Source of the DNA: Eledone cirrhosa
Lineage: Eukaryota
Length of the DNA stretch: 64,000 nucleotides
Assembly: GCA_964016885.1 (NCBI GenBank)
Contig: OZ024745.1
Span: 57,226,001 to 57,290,000 of the forward strand
Direction of reading: 5' to 3'
Shown: in pieces, positions 35,327 to 49,019 of the stretch
Layout: every line of letters begins with the position of its first letter
Numbering within the stretch: the stretch's first letter is position 1
Notes under the pieces: model-generated
The model's database searches: none
What the model was told of the DNA's origin: nothing
The model's input: the letters and a program-made list of their open reading frames with translations, nothing else
Position numbers and translations under genes: made by a program

Positions 35327-37069
35327 ATGGATGCATGTGTATTCAATATATATATACGTTTAACATCAGTTATAAAGCAGAACAAAGAAACGATTAGTGT
35401 TACTAGCTTTATGCTGAAATGAATAATGATCTAATATTTTCAATGTTTCAGGCGAATGTAAAACAGAAGTAACAATAAAAACGAGAAAATAATTATGATT
35501 TGAAAAAAACCCAGAAGGAATGGCGAGTATCAATAGAAAAGGGGTAAAAGCATGTAACGTTGCAAATTGGTAAAACAAATTCCTGTCATCTAAGTGCACA
35601 ATAGTCCATGAGGTATCCTTGCATGATACGACACAAAAATCGTATTCTTTGAGTGTAAAGATCACTTAATATTGCTGCTATATGTGTATAGCATAAATGC
35701 ATTGAGTATATGAAAGGGGGCAATGTGTATAGTGATGCGACTGCATGTTTGTGTGTGTGAATATGAACACAATCATAGATATGTATATGTGTCTTTCTTA
35801 TATAATGTATGGCGTAACTTATGTTTGCGTGTTATGCCAAACACGTCTGTGTGTATGAGAGACGATGCGTGTGTGTGGTCTTCGATTAACCTACTATTAA
35901 ATGTATATGCATATAATTTAAATAAATAATATGCATGTTTTAAAATGCATTTGTCATGACCAACAGTGATAATGGAAAGAAGCACGAATTTAAAAAGAGT
36001 AGTGTATATGTGTGAATAGAGGAATCGTGTATGTAGAAGCTTAAGGTATTCCGTGTAGAAACATCGAAGTTCATAAACTAGGAAAGTGTGAGCGATCATG
36101 ATTTCAGGGAATGAGATGAACACTACAAAAGGAAAAATCGAAAGGAGTTTGAAAAAATATGCCTAATGAAAACAAGATATCATATTGAGAGATTTCACTA
36201 AACAGAGAGGATAATAGTTTCTATCTATATGTGCGTGTGTTGCCGTTTGCATTTAGTGAAGTGAATAGTTCTCTCATGGTAGCAACTCATGACCCGCATA
36301 AACCGCGATAACAGGTTGTGTTATATTTACCGAATATAGCTCCAACACATGACCAGACCAAGAGCTCCCGCTACCAGTGACACCATTGTTTTGACGAAAG
36401 TTGTAAAAAGATAAAATATCAGGACGTGTATCGGATCATGTGACTGATCTGTATGTAAAATGTATTTATATATTACGCGTGTTTAACTGACCAATAGTTT
36501 GAATTTGTCTCTATGTATGTGTCCACGTGTATATGTACATGTTGTTTATCTTAATCCGTGTGTTTACGGTTATATGAGTGTGCCTATCATATTGATATAT
36601 CTATATATCTTCCATATTAATATTATAGACTTTTTTTCCAGTGTTATTGCAGTTGCAAGGTGGCATTGAAAAAACTGAAAGCAATAAAATTAAGATGAAT
36701 AATGTAATATTTTGATGGGGTTAATTATTCTGAAATTCGATCGTGTGGCCCTCAATAAATTAAAAATCAAATAATCACATATTTGTCAAAATTCCAGTTC
36801 AAATAAATCAGTACTCAAAATGATTACAATTAATATAATTCATCCCTCCACACAGCAATACGTTATTAATATAGGTGTAAACCCATATCCTGCATCTCAT
36901 TAGTGTACATGGAAACCATTTCTAAAGCTGCCTTTAAGTTAATGCATAGAGCTCAGATTACCCTTATCATATATGCCTAAGTGACTATGCCATTAAGTTG
37001 CTATGTAGAAATACATAAATTTATATAGAAAGTTAATTAATGCACGTACACACTCACATACGTGTTAGT

Positions 37070-37345
37070 GAAGGCCCGTGATGTTGTGGTTAGAGTATAG
37101 GAATTACGATAACATAGTGGGTTCGATTCCCCGACAACGTTGTGCTATGTGTTCTTATGCAAAACATTCGATTTCACTTTGCTCAAGAACACTTAGCTTA
37201 AAATGAGTATCAGCAATTGTTGGGGGCATCATCCTGCGATAAACTGGCGTTATATCCAGGGAACAGTTTTTACTCTCATTCGTTTAACGCCATGTAAACT
37301 GTGATAAGCATCGATCTAATTAGCATCCGGGTTAGAGACAGACTA
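37070..37345 (+). mobile_element. Older tRNA-derived SINE of a second family (Meta/V-like central domain)
   Basis: A-box gtggttaga, B-box gggttcgattccc, cctgcgataaactggcgttatatccaggg. Confidence 0.6.
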
Positions 37346-37603
37346 TTTTTATATATGTTGTGTTTCGTCACCACCCAAGCCTTCATGAGCTAAAGTTCTT
37401 CCATAATTGCAAGCTTATTTTTAAGCCATATATCGGCCGAATATGTGACTAAATGTTGAATGAGATTGAACAAAATGTTTCCTGCGAAATTATAAAAGAA
37501 AATAAATAACATAAAATAAAAGGCGTGATATAGGGGAGGTAACTCTTGCAATATTTTTTTTTTTTCTTAAAAAATGGGCAGGAAAAACTACAAATATATA
37601 TAA

Positions 37604-37782
37604 CTGTTTCTACTTTAGGCACAAGGCCAGCAATAACCCAGTGCATTACTGGTACTTTATTTTATCGACCCCGTAAGGATGAAAGGCAAAGTCAACCTCA
37701 GCGGGATTTGAATTTAGATCGTAAAGGGACGTAACTATGCTGGAAAGCATGGCGTCCGACCCTCTACCGATACTGCCAATCC
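37604..37782 (-). mobile_element. tRNA-derived SINE (young copy)
   Basis: nearly identical to 3439-3620. Confidence 0.9.
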
Positions 37783-38403
37783 AATATAACGCTAGTCAAT
37801 ATACAAGTAGTCGGTTAGATTTAAATTGTGTAGGAGGAATTGAAGAAGGAAACATTAAGATGGCTCAGACGATAGATAGGCATAGAAGTGGTCACATATA
37901 TAATGCACCTTATTTCCGCGTTTTGACGTCGAGGTTGCCAAATGATTAATGAAAAGTTGGACATATATCGCGAACTAATGAGAAATCTCCAAATGATACA
38001 CAGTGCCTAAATATTTAAATATTTACCTGAAATCATTGGAACTCGTGGATGTGTTACTAAATGCCGCGAGTACATAATTTGGCATACTAAGTTTCTCAGA
38101 ATTAGAAAGAACGTATTAATTAGGAAATTGTCTATTAATGAAACAGGAGTTCAACATGAAATAATATAACACCTATAGATATAGAAATATATGTATACGT
38201 GTACTTACAACTTAACACATACGAATTTAATGTTATCCATACAGTTACATATACCGACGTATAGACCGACTAGTTTATCTAATTGATCTAATCTAGATTG
38301 AGTGAAAGGATCTTACTTATGAATTAGAATCCGGTTATCTCTCTATTAGGGATAGATACACACATATAAACATAATTGTATACCTACCTACATACATACA
38401 TGT

Positions 38404-38459
<56 letters not shown>

Positions 38460-38475
38460 AGTGTGTGTGTATGTA

Positions 38476-38507
<32 letters not shown>

Positions 38508-38572
38508 AAATGTACGTGTATATATATATATATATACACACGTACATTTTAAATATATATATATATATATGC

Positions 38573-38612
<40 letters not shown>

Positions 38613-38705
38613 GTACATTCATACAGGCATACATCCATCCATCCATCCATCCATCGATCCATACATACATACATACATACATACATACATACATACATAC
38701 ATACA

Positions 38706-38736
<31 letters not shown>

Positions 38737-39492
38737 TTAATTTACACATATGTTTGCGTGAGTATCTGCAATTATTTTACTGATATCTGACACCAAGTGA
38801 TGTAAACCGCTTCAGGAATGATATCTCTTGCAATAATTATTCTCCATCGACTGTACATTGAATCTCACTCTCGGAAATCAGACAACCACCGGTTTGTGTG
38901 TTTGAAAACTGTAATCAACGAAGTGATTGTTCATATATTATGACATAATATGAATCTTATATGCCCTCGCTACATTTTCCGCAAATCCGTTAAAACCGTG
39001 TGCTTTTGTTTTGTCACTGCTCTAAACATGTTTCATTAAGTAAAATTAAGTTGTATTTTTCTCTTCCATAATTTAGTGTATTTTTGTTTTAATTTTGGCA
39101 AATTTATTTCAAGGTTTCTGTTTTTATAAATTCCAATGTATGTCAACTACAAATGTGAGAAAAATATTTACTTAAATATCTGTTACTATACAGGAAAATA
39201 AGTATCATAAGGTTATTTGTAATGTCATGGGAAACAGTCTGATATTAAACCAATGTTAAAATTCCTCTAAAATTGCTGAAAACATGCAAATTCGTTCGCT
39301 GTTTGATAAAAGAAACGTGCATGTCTTACTTTCCTTTCTCTCCTATATCCTTCTGTTTCTTCTTCTATCCTTAATTTTAACTTCCGATGAAACACTAACA
39401 ATTGTAATGTTAAGATACGTTTCATAATTTATGAAAAGGTAAACTAATGTTATACATCATTGTACAGATTTTCAAGTGTATTTTATTCGTTC

Positions 39493-39551
<59 letters not shown>

Positions 39552-39746
39552 GATAAATCTACCAAGAGTTTACGGTAGTGTCCAATCCGTATGAAGAACT
39601 CAATGTAATCCGGATATCATGGAAAGAAGAGATGCAATGAAAAATCACTTTCGGTGAAAGATAAACGGAATACAGAGTCAAGATAAAATATTAAAAAAAT
39701 AATGAATAAAACAATGAAACAGTTCCTTATATTAAACAAAAAAAGT

Positions 39747-39898
39747 TCATTATTTAACGATCGTTTCTGGGATATATATGTGTTAGAATTGGCATCTATA
39801 TTTAACAGATCTATGTACAAAATTATACAAAATTATACAAACTATCAAAATTAAATATACATACCAACTCATATATATGCCGTCTTCAGAAATAATGA
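39747..39898 (-). ncRNA. Type I HHR with ~115-nt stem II (inverted copy)
   Basis: reverse complement of 45660-45815. Confidence 0.8.
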
Positions 39899-40181
39899 AA
39901 TATATTTATTGATAATAACAACAATTCAAAATTACAGGTCTGTTTGGGAACAGAGTTCAAATTGACCAATGGAAACACAAAAAGTTTATACAGTTAGGTG
40001 TGTGTATATATGTAAGTAACTTCGTTCACAGATATGCATAAAAATATATGTTCACATGCATACGCATGCCGAAAAGATGTATGTAAATACAAAAATTCAG
40101 GGCTAATGTCTCTGTATGTTTATAATCTACAGATAAAATACATACTTCGATAAAAAATCTAAATATGCAGATAGGAAATAT

Positions 40182-42461
40182 ATGTATGATTTCAATACTT
40201 ACAAGAATCCACCACACAACTCTTTACTTGAAGACTTTGAGAAAGACCTTTTTAATTTAATTAAACACCTCAAATTTAAGAAGTATAAATCTGTCTTTCA
40301 AAAGGACCTTGATTCTACCCTATTGGACCTAAAAAAGTCTAAAAAAATCCATATCCACTCGGACAAAGCTGGTAACTTGTATCACATGGATATTGAAGAT
40401 TATAATGAGTACATATATAAAGAACTCAGGAAAAATTATAAAAAATCTAATAATGCGTCACTCACCAACAACAACAAAACACACAACATAGTAAAAAAAC
40501 TAAACATTGAAGATAGAACTGAACCTTTGGCATTGAAAAGACCACACTTCAACCTGAAGGATCATAAATCAAACTTTAACTCAAATCCTTCTATAAGACT
40601 TATATGTCCCTCCAAATCTGATATTGGAATAATTAGCAAAAAAATTTTGGATAGAGTCATCCCACAAATAAGAAAACACGTTAATTTACCACTCTGGGAA
40701 AACACTTCCCAGGTAATTAACTGGTTTAAAAATATTAGATGTAAATCTTCTGCTTCATTTCTACAATTTGATATAGATAATTACTATTCTTCTATATCAC
40801 CTATACTCCTGAACAAAGCATTGATATTTGCTAAAAATAGATCTAACTTAACTTTGGATGACATTAATATTATTACACATGCTAGACTAACACTTATTGA
40901 ATTTCAGAATGAATACTGGACCAGAAACACATATAGTAATCTATTTGATATTACTATGGGTTCAAGCGATTCCGCCCAAATTACTGATCTTGTGGGCCTC
41001 TTTCTCCTTTTCAACATAAATGCCTCCTTTCCCCACCTTAAAGGTGGTTTATATCGTGATGACTGTCTTCTTCTTTCCAACAACCTTAGCCTTTCAGGAA
41101 TAGAAAAAAACAAAAAGCATATTAGAACTTTCCTTAAAGACTATTATAGTCTTCATATTACTTTTGAAAAAAACAAGTAAAGTAGTAAATTTCCTAGATA
41201 TAACTTTAGACTTAGCTACGGGTATCTACCAACCTTACCATAAACCCAACCAAAACTTACACTACATACACTCACAATCTAATCACCCTAAATCTATCCT
41301 TAAAAACCTTGCATATAATATATCACTTAGAATTTCTAACCTTTCTTCTAACCAAGATGTATTTGATAAAAATGCGACCTTCTATAATGAAGCTCTAGAT
41401 AGAAGTGGCCACAAAAATAGATTAGAATATATACCTTCTACTAAAAATAAAAATACTATAAACATACAACCTAATATTACCAACAAACACCAAATGAAAA
41501 GTACACACCTAAATGCCACCCACACTATACCCAAAAATACCAACAACTCTTCTAATATAAAGTATAGTAACTCTCAAAAAACTACTCATCATACAACTCT
41601 AATAAATGTTAATAATAAAACTCCTAATAAACAAGATAAAACACCTAAATCTATAAATCTAACTAAAAATGTGCGTGGTGAGATTATTAACATTAATCCT
41701 CCTAGTAAACATCACGATACAACCTATAAAAATAATAAACAACATAGAAACCGTAATAGACGAGTTACTTGGTATAATGCTCCATTTAATTTACAAATTA
41801 AGGATAATATTGATAAAAAAAAATTTTATATCCTAGAGAAAAACTTCCCGCCAAACCACAAATACCATCAAATCTTAAATAGGTCTACAGTTAAATACTC
41901 ATACTCAACAACCAATAACATAAAACAAAATATAAGTGCCTATAATGCATATAAATGTAAGAATACCATAAGTATACCACCAATACATCAAACTAACCAT
42001 AACATCTCCTCAAATACAGAATTAACGAAAGGTTGTAACTGTAGAAACAAAGCAAACTGCCCATTAAAAGGAAAGTGTCTTGTTAACAACATAGTTTATA
42101 AATGTAATGTTAAAACTTAAGATTCTATTTGCTCATATATATAGGAGCTACTTCTAACAATTTTAAGGTAAGGTTTAATACCCACAAACATAGTTTTAAA
42201 AATGCCGCACTGGCTAATACAACATCTCTAGCAGAAAAAATCAATAGTTATAAAAATAAGAATATAGAATATGATATGACCTGGAGTGTGCTCAAAAGAG
42301 CCACCCCTTATCAAAATAATAGAAATGAATGTAGATTATGTTCCCAAGAACTATTTGAAATAATGAAATCTAAGGATATCCTATTAAATAAACGACAGGA
42401 ATTAAATATATCGTGTAATCATAAACTAAGAAAAACATTTAAATATTATAAACCTAATTAA
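40182..42461 (+). pseudogene. PLE RT-GIY-YIG polyprotein (frameshift ~41170; stop and frameshift ~42120-42140)
   Basis: SDKAGNLY, LKDHK, RLICPSKSDIG, QFDIDNYYSSI, FDITMGSSDS, GGLYRDD, VNFLD, CNCR..CPLKGKCL, YIGATSNNFKVRFNTH, CRLC, LLNKRQE. Confidence 0.93.
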
Positions 42462-42938
42462 TAACATTATTTTAGATATTAATATATAATTTAATTTAAA
42501 TGTTAGTTAACCTATAAATTTAATTTAATTAAAATTCTACTACAGATGAGATTATAAAATATTGTGTAATCATAAATTGTGAAACGTTTTTAAATATTAC
42601 TAATATATACTTTGTAAATTAATTTATAGATTAATTTTAATTTATTTAACCTTTTATTAAAATTCCTTTACAGATAAAATATAACAAAATATCGTGTATT
42701 CAATGACAGAGAAATATTTTTTAATATTATAGACCTAATTAATGTACAATTTAGAAATATATTTATAATTTGGTTTTAATTTGGTTAACCTAAAAATTTA
42801 ATTTAATTGGCTTAAAATTAAAATCCTAATACAGATGGATTGCAGAGTGTCATGTAATCATAGACTGAGATAGGTTTTAGATGTATACCTAGTTAATATA
42901 TTCTTTGCAATTTTTGAAAAAATATGTATATATATATG

Positions 42939-43029
<91 letters not shown>

Positions 43030-43589
43030 ATATATATATATATGAATATATATGTGTGTATATATTAATTTTAATTTTTGTTTACCTATAATTATATTCT
43101 ACTATAGATAAAATACAATATCTGTTTTAATTATTATAAACCTAATTAACATATACTATAGAAATTAATATATAATTTTTAATTTAGTTAACCTATAATT
43201 TATATTCTACTACCGATGTAATACTTTATTTGGTTTTTTTCCCTATTACTAAATTCAATTCCTAATATTGATACCATAACGTTAATAATTTTAATTTAGT
43301 TATACTATAATTAATACTCTGCTACTATTTAACTTCAAAATTCCGCTTCAAATATTATAAACCTAAGTAGTATACACCTTAGAAATCAATATATTAACTA
43401 TCTTTAATTTAGTTAACCTATAATTAATAGTCTACTTATATTAAAATGCATAATTTTGCCTTCTTTCTTACATTTCCTAATACTGAAACTACTATGCAAA
43501 CACATATTATGATCTAAATGCAGATTAATATTCTATGTTTCTTGAAACCTATATTTACTATAATCCCCCCCTCCCCCCCTATTATTATT

Positions 43590-43707
43590 TGTATTTGTAA
43601 GCGTGGATGTATGTATGTATATGTAGGTAGGTATGTATGTTTGGGTGTTTGTATGTGAGTATAAAAATACATATGTGCGCATGTAAATAAGGGTGTATGA
43701 TTGCATG

Positions 43708-43738
<31 letters not shown>

Positions 43739-43870
43739 GTATATATATATATATATGTATCTATGTATTTATGTGGGTATATGTGTGTATGTATATGTAT
43801 GCGCATGTATACGTCTATGTGTATATGTGTGTATGTGTATATATGTACGTATATGTGCATGTATATGTGA

Positions 43871-43902
<32 letters not shown>

Positions 43903-43958
43903 TTGTAGTTGATGTGTGTATGTGTATATATATATATGTATGTATATGTATGTATATA

Positions 43959-44009
<51 letters not shown>

Positions 44010-44436
44010 GTATGTGTGTGCATATTTGTCTGACTGAGTGTATTAATTAATTTATTTATTTATTTATTTTATTTTTTTTATTTCATTATTTTTATATATA
44101 TGTATATATATGTATATATTTATATATATATGTGTATATATATGTGTGTGTGTATGTATATGTATGTATGTATGTATGTGTATGTATATGTGTGTGTGTG
44201 TGTATGTGTGTATATATTTATATGTGTATTTTATATCTCTATTTATATATGTATATATGTGTATGTATATCCCTTTATTTATGTATGTCTGAGTTGTGTG
44301 AGCGTGTGGTTGTGTTTGTATGTGTATACGCATACATGGATGTGTATGTATGTGTATATATGCGTATATGTATGTGTGTATGTGTGTGTGTATATATGTA
44401 TGTCTATGTATGAGTATATGTATGTATGTATGTATA

Positions 44437-44491
<55 letters not shown>

Positions 44492-44571
44492 TATATACGT
44501 GTGTGTATATATATATATCTTTGTGTATATGTGTATGTGTACATGTGTGTGTGTATGTGTGTATATATATG

Positions 44572-44637
<66 letters not shown>

Positions 44638-44925
44638 GGTATGTATATGTATATGTGTATATACATGAGTGTATTTATGTATGTGTGTATGGGTGTGGTT
44701 ATATATATATATATATATGTGTGTTGTGAATGTATGTATATATGTATGTGTGTATATATATATATATATATATGTGTCTATATATGTATATGTCTATGTA
44801 TTTATATGTGTATATGTATGTGTCTCTATATGTATGCGCGTGTGTGTATGTGTATGTGTATATATATGGTGTGTGTATGTATATGTATGTGTATGTATGT
44901 GTTTATGTATATGTGTATGTATATG

Positions 44926-44968
<43 letters not shown>

Positions 44969-44994
44969 ATCGATGTATATTTTATATTTTACTT

Positions 44995-45065
<71 letters not shown>

Positions 45066-45410
45066 CTTAATATTTTTCTTTTTTCTTTTTCTTTTTATTT
45101 CTAAATTTATAGATACATTTATAAATAGGCAGTTTGCTGACACCAGGAAATACTGACCTCTCCCCCCCCCCCACCTACTTTCTGTATCTGGATCTAAATA
45201 TGTGTGGCAGTGTTTATGTGCGCGCATTAATGTCCATATGCTTATGATAATAGTATATACACATATATGTATGTGTGAGTGTGTGTGTGTATGTATGTTC
45301 GTGGTTGTGTGTATGTTTATGCGTATATGCGCGTGTGTGTGTGAATGTATGTATATGTGTGAGTATATGAATGTGTATATATTTATTTTTATATTTATAT
45401 GTTTATATGC
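43590..45410. repeat. Degenerate (TA/TG)n low-complexity tract inside the PLE 3' region
   Basis: direct reading. Confidence 0.9.
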
Positions 45411-45659
45411 GTATATGTATTTTATCTGTAGATTATAAACATACAGAGACATTAGCCCTGAATTTTTGTATTTACATACATCTTTTCGGCATGCGTATGC
45501 ACGTGAACATATATTTTCATGCATATCTGTGAACGAAGTTACTTACATATATACACACACCTAACTGTATAAACTTTTTGTGTTTCCATTGGTCAATTTG
45601 AACTCTGTTCCCAAACAGACCTGTAATTTTGAATTGTTGTTATTATCAATAAATATATT

Positions 45660-45815
45660 TCATTATTTCTGAAGACGGCATATATATATATGAGTTGGTA
45701 TGTATATTTAATTTTGATAGTTTGTATAATTTTGTATAATTTTGTACATAGATCTGTTAAATATAGATGCCAATTCTAACACATATATATCCCAGAAACG
45801 ATCGTTAAATAATGA
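45660..45815 (+). ncRNA. Type I HHR with intact core and ~120-nt stem II
   Basis: tcattattt-CTGAAGA-[cggcatatatat..gagttggtat..tatatttaa / ttaaatata..atgccaattc..atatatatccca]-GAAA-cgatc-GTT-aaataatga. Confidence 0.8.
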
Positions 45816-45874
45816 ACTTTTTTTGTTTAATATAAGGAACTGTTTCATTGTTTTATTCATTATTTTTTTAATAT

Positions 45875-45925
<51 letters not shown>

Positions 45926-46162
45926 TGACTAAACACTGTACGGCGTAATTCGGGCTGTTTGTTTGTTTACAAACAAACCGAGCATTATAATAAATGTTCG
46001 GTAAACCGATACGTGCATATATATATGTGTGCATGTATGTATATATATACATACTACTGTACGTCTGTATACATATATGTATGTATGTATGTATACATAC
46101 ATACTTACATTTAAGTAACTGCCGTACTAAGAGTGAGAAATGAAATTTCGTTTCATTCTATT

Positions 46163-46195
<33 letters not shown>

Positions 46196-46198
<3 letters not shown>

Positions 46199-46445
46199 TG
46201 GATTAAAAGTTAAGTGAAAATATGCAAGAGTAAGAGGACTTTAGTATAAATAATTACAACAATGACATAAACACTTACTCATGTTTCGTTGGGCTCTAGG
46301 CCCCAATTAATCCAGCCTGTCATGAGTGAATGAATTGGAACCTAGAACCTAACAAAACTTGAGTACCTGTTTATGTCACTGTTGTAATTATTTATACTAA
46401 AGTCCTCTTACTCTTGGATATTTTCACTTAACTTTTAATCCAGTA
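46196..46445. mobile_element. Fold-back mini pLTR in (TA)n with HHR remnant at the apex
   Basis: ~115-bp inverted arms; minus strand attggggcctagagcccaac-GAAA-catga-GTA-agtg. Confidence 0.7.
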
Positions 46446-48212
46446 TATATGTGTGTGAGTGTGTGTGTGTATATATATATATATATGGAAGTGGTTACAC
46501 AACAGTTAGTTCACCATGCCGAGAACAATTGTTTCACCTTAGCGGACCCTCAGCTCGTAATGGACATCGTTATACTCAACAGGAAGGACAACCGTACGAA
46601 CGCGCATGCGCAGAAATGATCACTTCACGCAGGCGATACTATATTGCGTGCGATCGGTGTAAGGGAGATAACTGTGAAAGTCAGAAAGTTTCTAGTTGAT
46701 AAGAAAATTAGGATGGTGGGGTAATTCAATCCGGAGCTTTGTAGTTATGTAAGAGGTGTTTCCAGACGTGTGGACAACGTGTGAAGAATTCATTTCTCGT
46801 GTTTAGGCAATCACTATTGCGTAATCTCTTTAGAATATTTATTCGTTAATCAATACATAGTCCACACGACGGATTACCCCTTGCGTATGGCTTGGACTTA
46901 GTGATGGCTTTCCTTTGAATGGAATAGTTTATACTTGAGTCCTTGAGGGACCATACGTGGGTCGCGAGTTCGTGGATGAAGGTCTGTCCGGGTACCTAAA
47001 GGTCGATTGGTGGTTCAGGAAGCGTTCCTTAAATCGGCCCTCCACCATACCCATATAGGATTTGACCTCCTGTGTTGATTTGGTCGGTATGAAGTGACCA
47101 CAGCTTCATAAACTACAGCGGGTGTGTTGCATTACTGTTGAAGGGGACAAGCTTCGGCTTACGGCAAGACCACCCTCGTAGGGTGTTGCTCTTAGGGCTG
47201 TTGGTGATGTGGGGCTTCATGTTCTTAGCGCAGGAGTATCCTAGTTTTACTTTGTGTCGGTTACAGATGGAGCGGTATTTATGACCTATGGGAAAGTGTC
47301 TATCTAAGAGGGCTAGAATTGTTTTGCCTACATTGCTTTTAACGTTGAGTGAGAAGGGAGGAGAGAAGCAGGTAGTTTGTCTACTGTTACACTTTCTTTT
47401 CTTTTTGCTGTTGTTGTTAGTGGGAGAGTAAGTGATAGGCTGCGTGAAGCCGCTGTTAGCTAACGCCGTGTTATAGTAGGGTGCCGCCCTATCAAAGATA
47501 ACCTTATTAGAGGAGAGGTTTGAGATTCTAGTACTGATATTATTTACGAAGTTTCTAAAAACAGTGGGAGGGTGGCATGAGTCCTTGTGAATGTAATTGA
47601 GTTTTTCGTTTAGCTTATGGAAGGGTCTGTAGGTGTGTGTGCGAAGGTTTAAATTAATGTCTAGGAAATCTACGTTAGAGAGGTTGGTAACTACTGTTAT
47701 CCTAAGTATACCTTCAATGAGTTAGGACTTAGGATAACAGTAGCTACCAGCCTCTCTAGCGTAGATTTCTTAGCCATTAATTTAAACCCTCGCACACACA
47801 CCTACAGACCCTTCTATAAGCTAAACGAAAAACTCAATTGCATTCACAAGGACTCATGCCTCACTCCCACTGTTTTTAGAAACTTCGTAAATAATATCAG
47901 TACTAGAATCTCAAACCTCTCTTCTAATAAGGCTATCCTTGACAGGGCGGCACCCTACTATAGCACGGCGTTAGCTAACTGCGGCTTCTCGCAACCTATG
48001 ACTTACTCTCCCACTAAAAACAACAGCAATAAGAAAAGAAAGCTTAACAATAGACAAACTATCTGGTTCTCTCCTTCCACTCACTCAACGTTAAAACCGA
48101 TGTAGGCAAAAAATGTCTAGCCCTCTTAGATAGACACTCTCCCATAGGTCATAAATACGGCTCCATCTTTAACCGACACACAGTAAAACTAGGATACTCC
48201 TGCACTAAGAAC

Positions 48213-48671
48213 ATGAACCCACATCACCAAAGCCCTAAGAGCAACACCCCGCCAGGGTGCTCTTGCAGTAAGCCCGAAGCCTGTCCCCTTCAACAGCAAT
48301 GTAACACAGCCGCTGTAGTTTATGAAGCTGTGCTCACTTCCAACCGACCAAATCAACAACAGGAGGTCAAATCCTATGTGGGTATGGCGGAGGGCCGATT
48401 TAAGGAACGCTTCCTGAACCACCAATTGACCTTTAGGTACCCGGACAGACGTTCATCCACGAAACTCGCGAGCCACGTATGGTCCCTCAAGGACTCAGGT
48501 ATAGACTACTCCATTCAATGGAAAGCCATCACTAAGTCCAAGCCATACGCAAGGGGCAACCCGTCATGTGGACTATGTATTGATGAACGAATACATATTC
48601 TAAACAGATTACGCAATAGTGATTGCCTAAACACAATAATTGAATTATTCACACGTTGTCCACACGTCTAG
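48213..48671 (+). pseudogene. PLE GIY-YIG endonuclease domain (no upstream intact RT)
   Basis: VVYEA...SYVG...RF..H...CGLC..E...LN motifs. Confidence 0.85.
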
Positions 48672-48875
48672 AAACGCCTCTTACATAACTACAAAGCTCC
48701 GGATTGAATTACCACAACATCCCAATTTTCTTATCAACTAGAAACTTTCGGACTTTCGCAGTTATCTCCCACACACTTCTCGCACGCAATTTAGTATTGT
48801 CTGTGTGAAGTGATCGTTTGTGCGCATGCGCGTTCGTACGGGTGTCCTTCCTGTTCCGTATAACCATGTGCATTA

Positions 48876-48913
48876 CGAGCTGAGGATCCGTTAAGGTGAA
48901 ACAATTGTTCTCG
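48876..48913 (+). ncRNA. Minimal type I HHR
   Basis: cgag-CTGAGGA-tccgttaaggt-GAAA-caatt-GTT-ctcg. Confidence 0.75.
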
Positions 48914-49019
48914 GTATGGTGAACTAACTGTTGTGTAACCTAACTCGTCCCATAGACTGAGTGCTCTACAACTAGGGATATTACCTTCCAGTATTCTACC
49001 ACTATATATATATATAGAG

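Larger units (their letters stand above)
39687..45875 (+). mobile_element. Penelope-like element (GLYRDD lineage) bounded by ~460-bp inverted pLTRs
   Basis: 39687-40147 is the reverse complement of 45414-45875; RT-EN between them; long AT-rich and microsatellite 3' UTR. Confidence 0.9.
46490..49003. mobile_element. Head-to-head fold-back of a 5'-truncated PLE (two ~1.2-kb arms)
   Basis: 46493-47707 (-) mirrors 47726-48939 (+); both arms encode RT thumb and GIY-YIG (CSCSKPEACPL, YVGMAEGRFKERFLNH, CGLC); HHRs at 46520-46557 (-) and 48876-48913 (+). Confidence 0.92.

Noticed and set aside
41160-41180. Programmed frameshift at the A-run (also ~16115)
   Set aside because: The shifts are at different positions in related copies and PLEs have a single ORF; homopolymer mutation or sequencing error is more likely.
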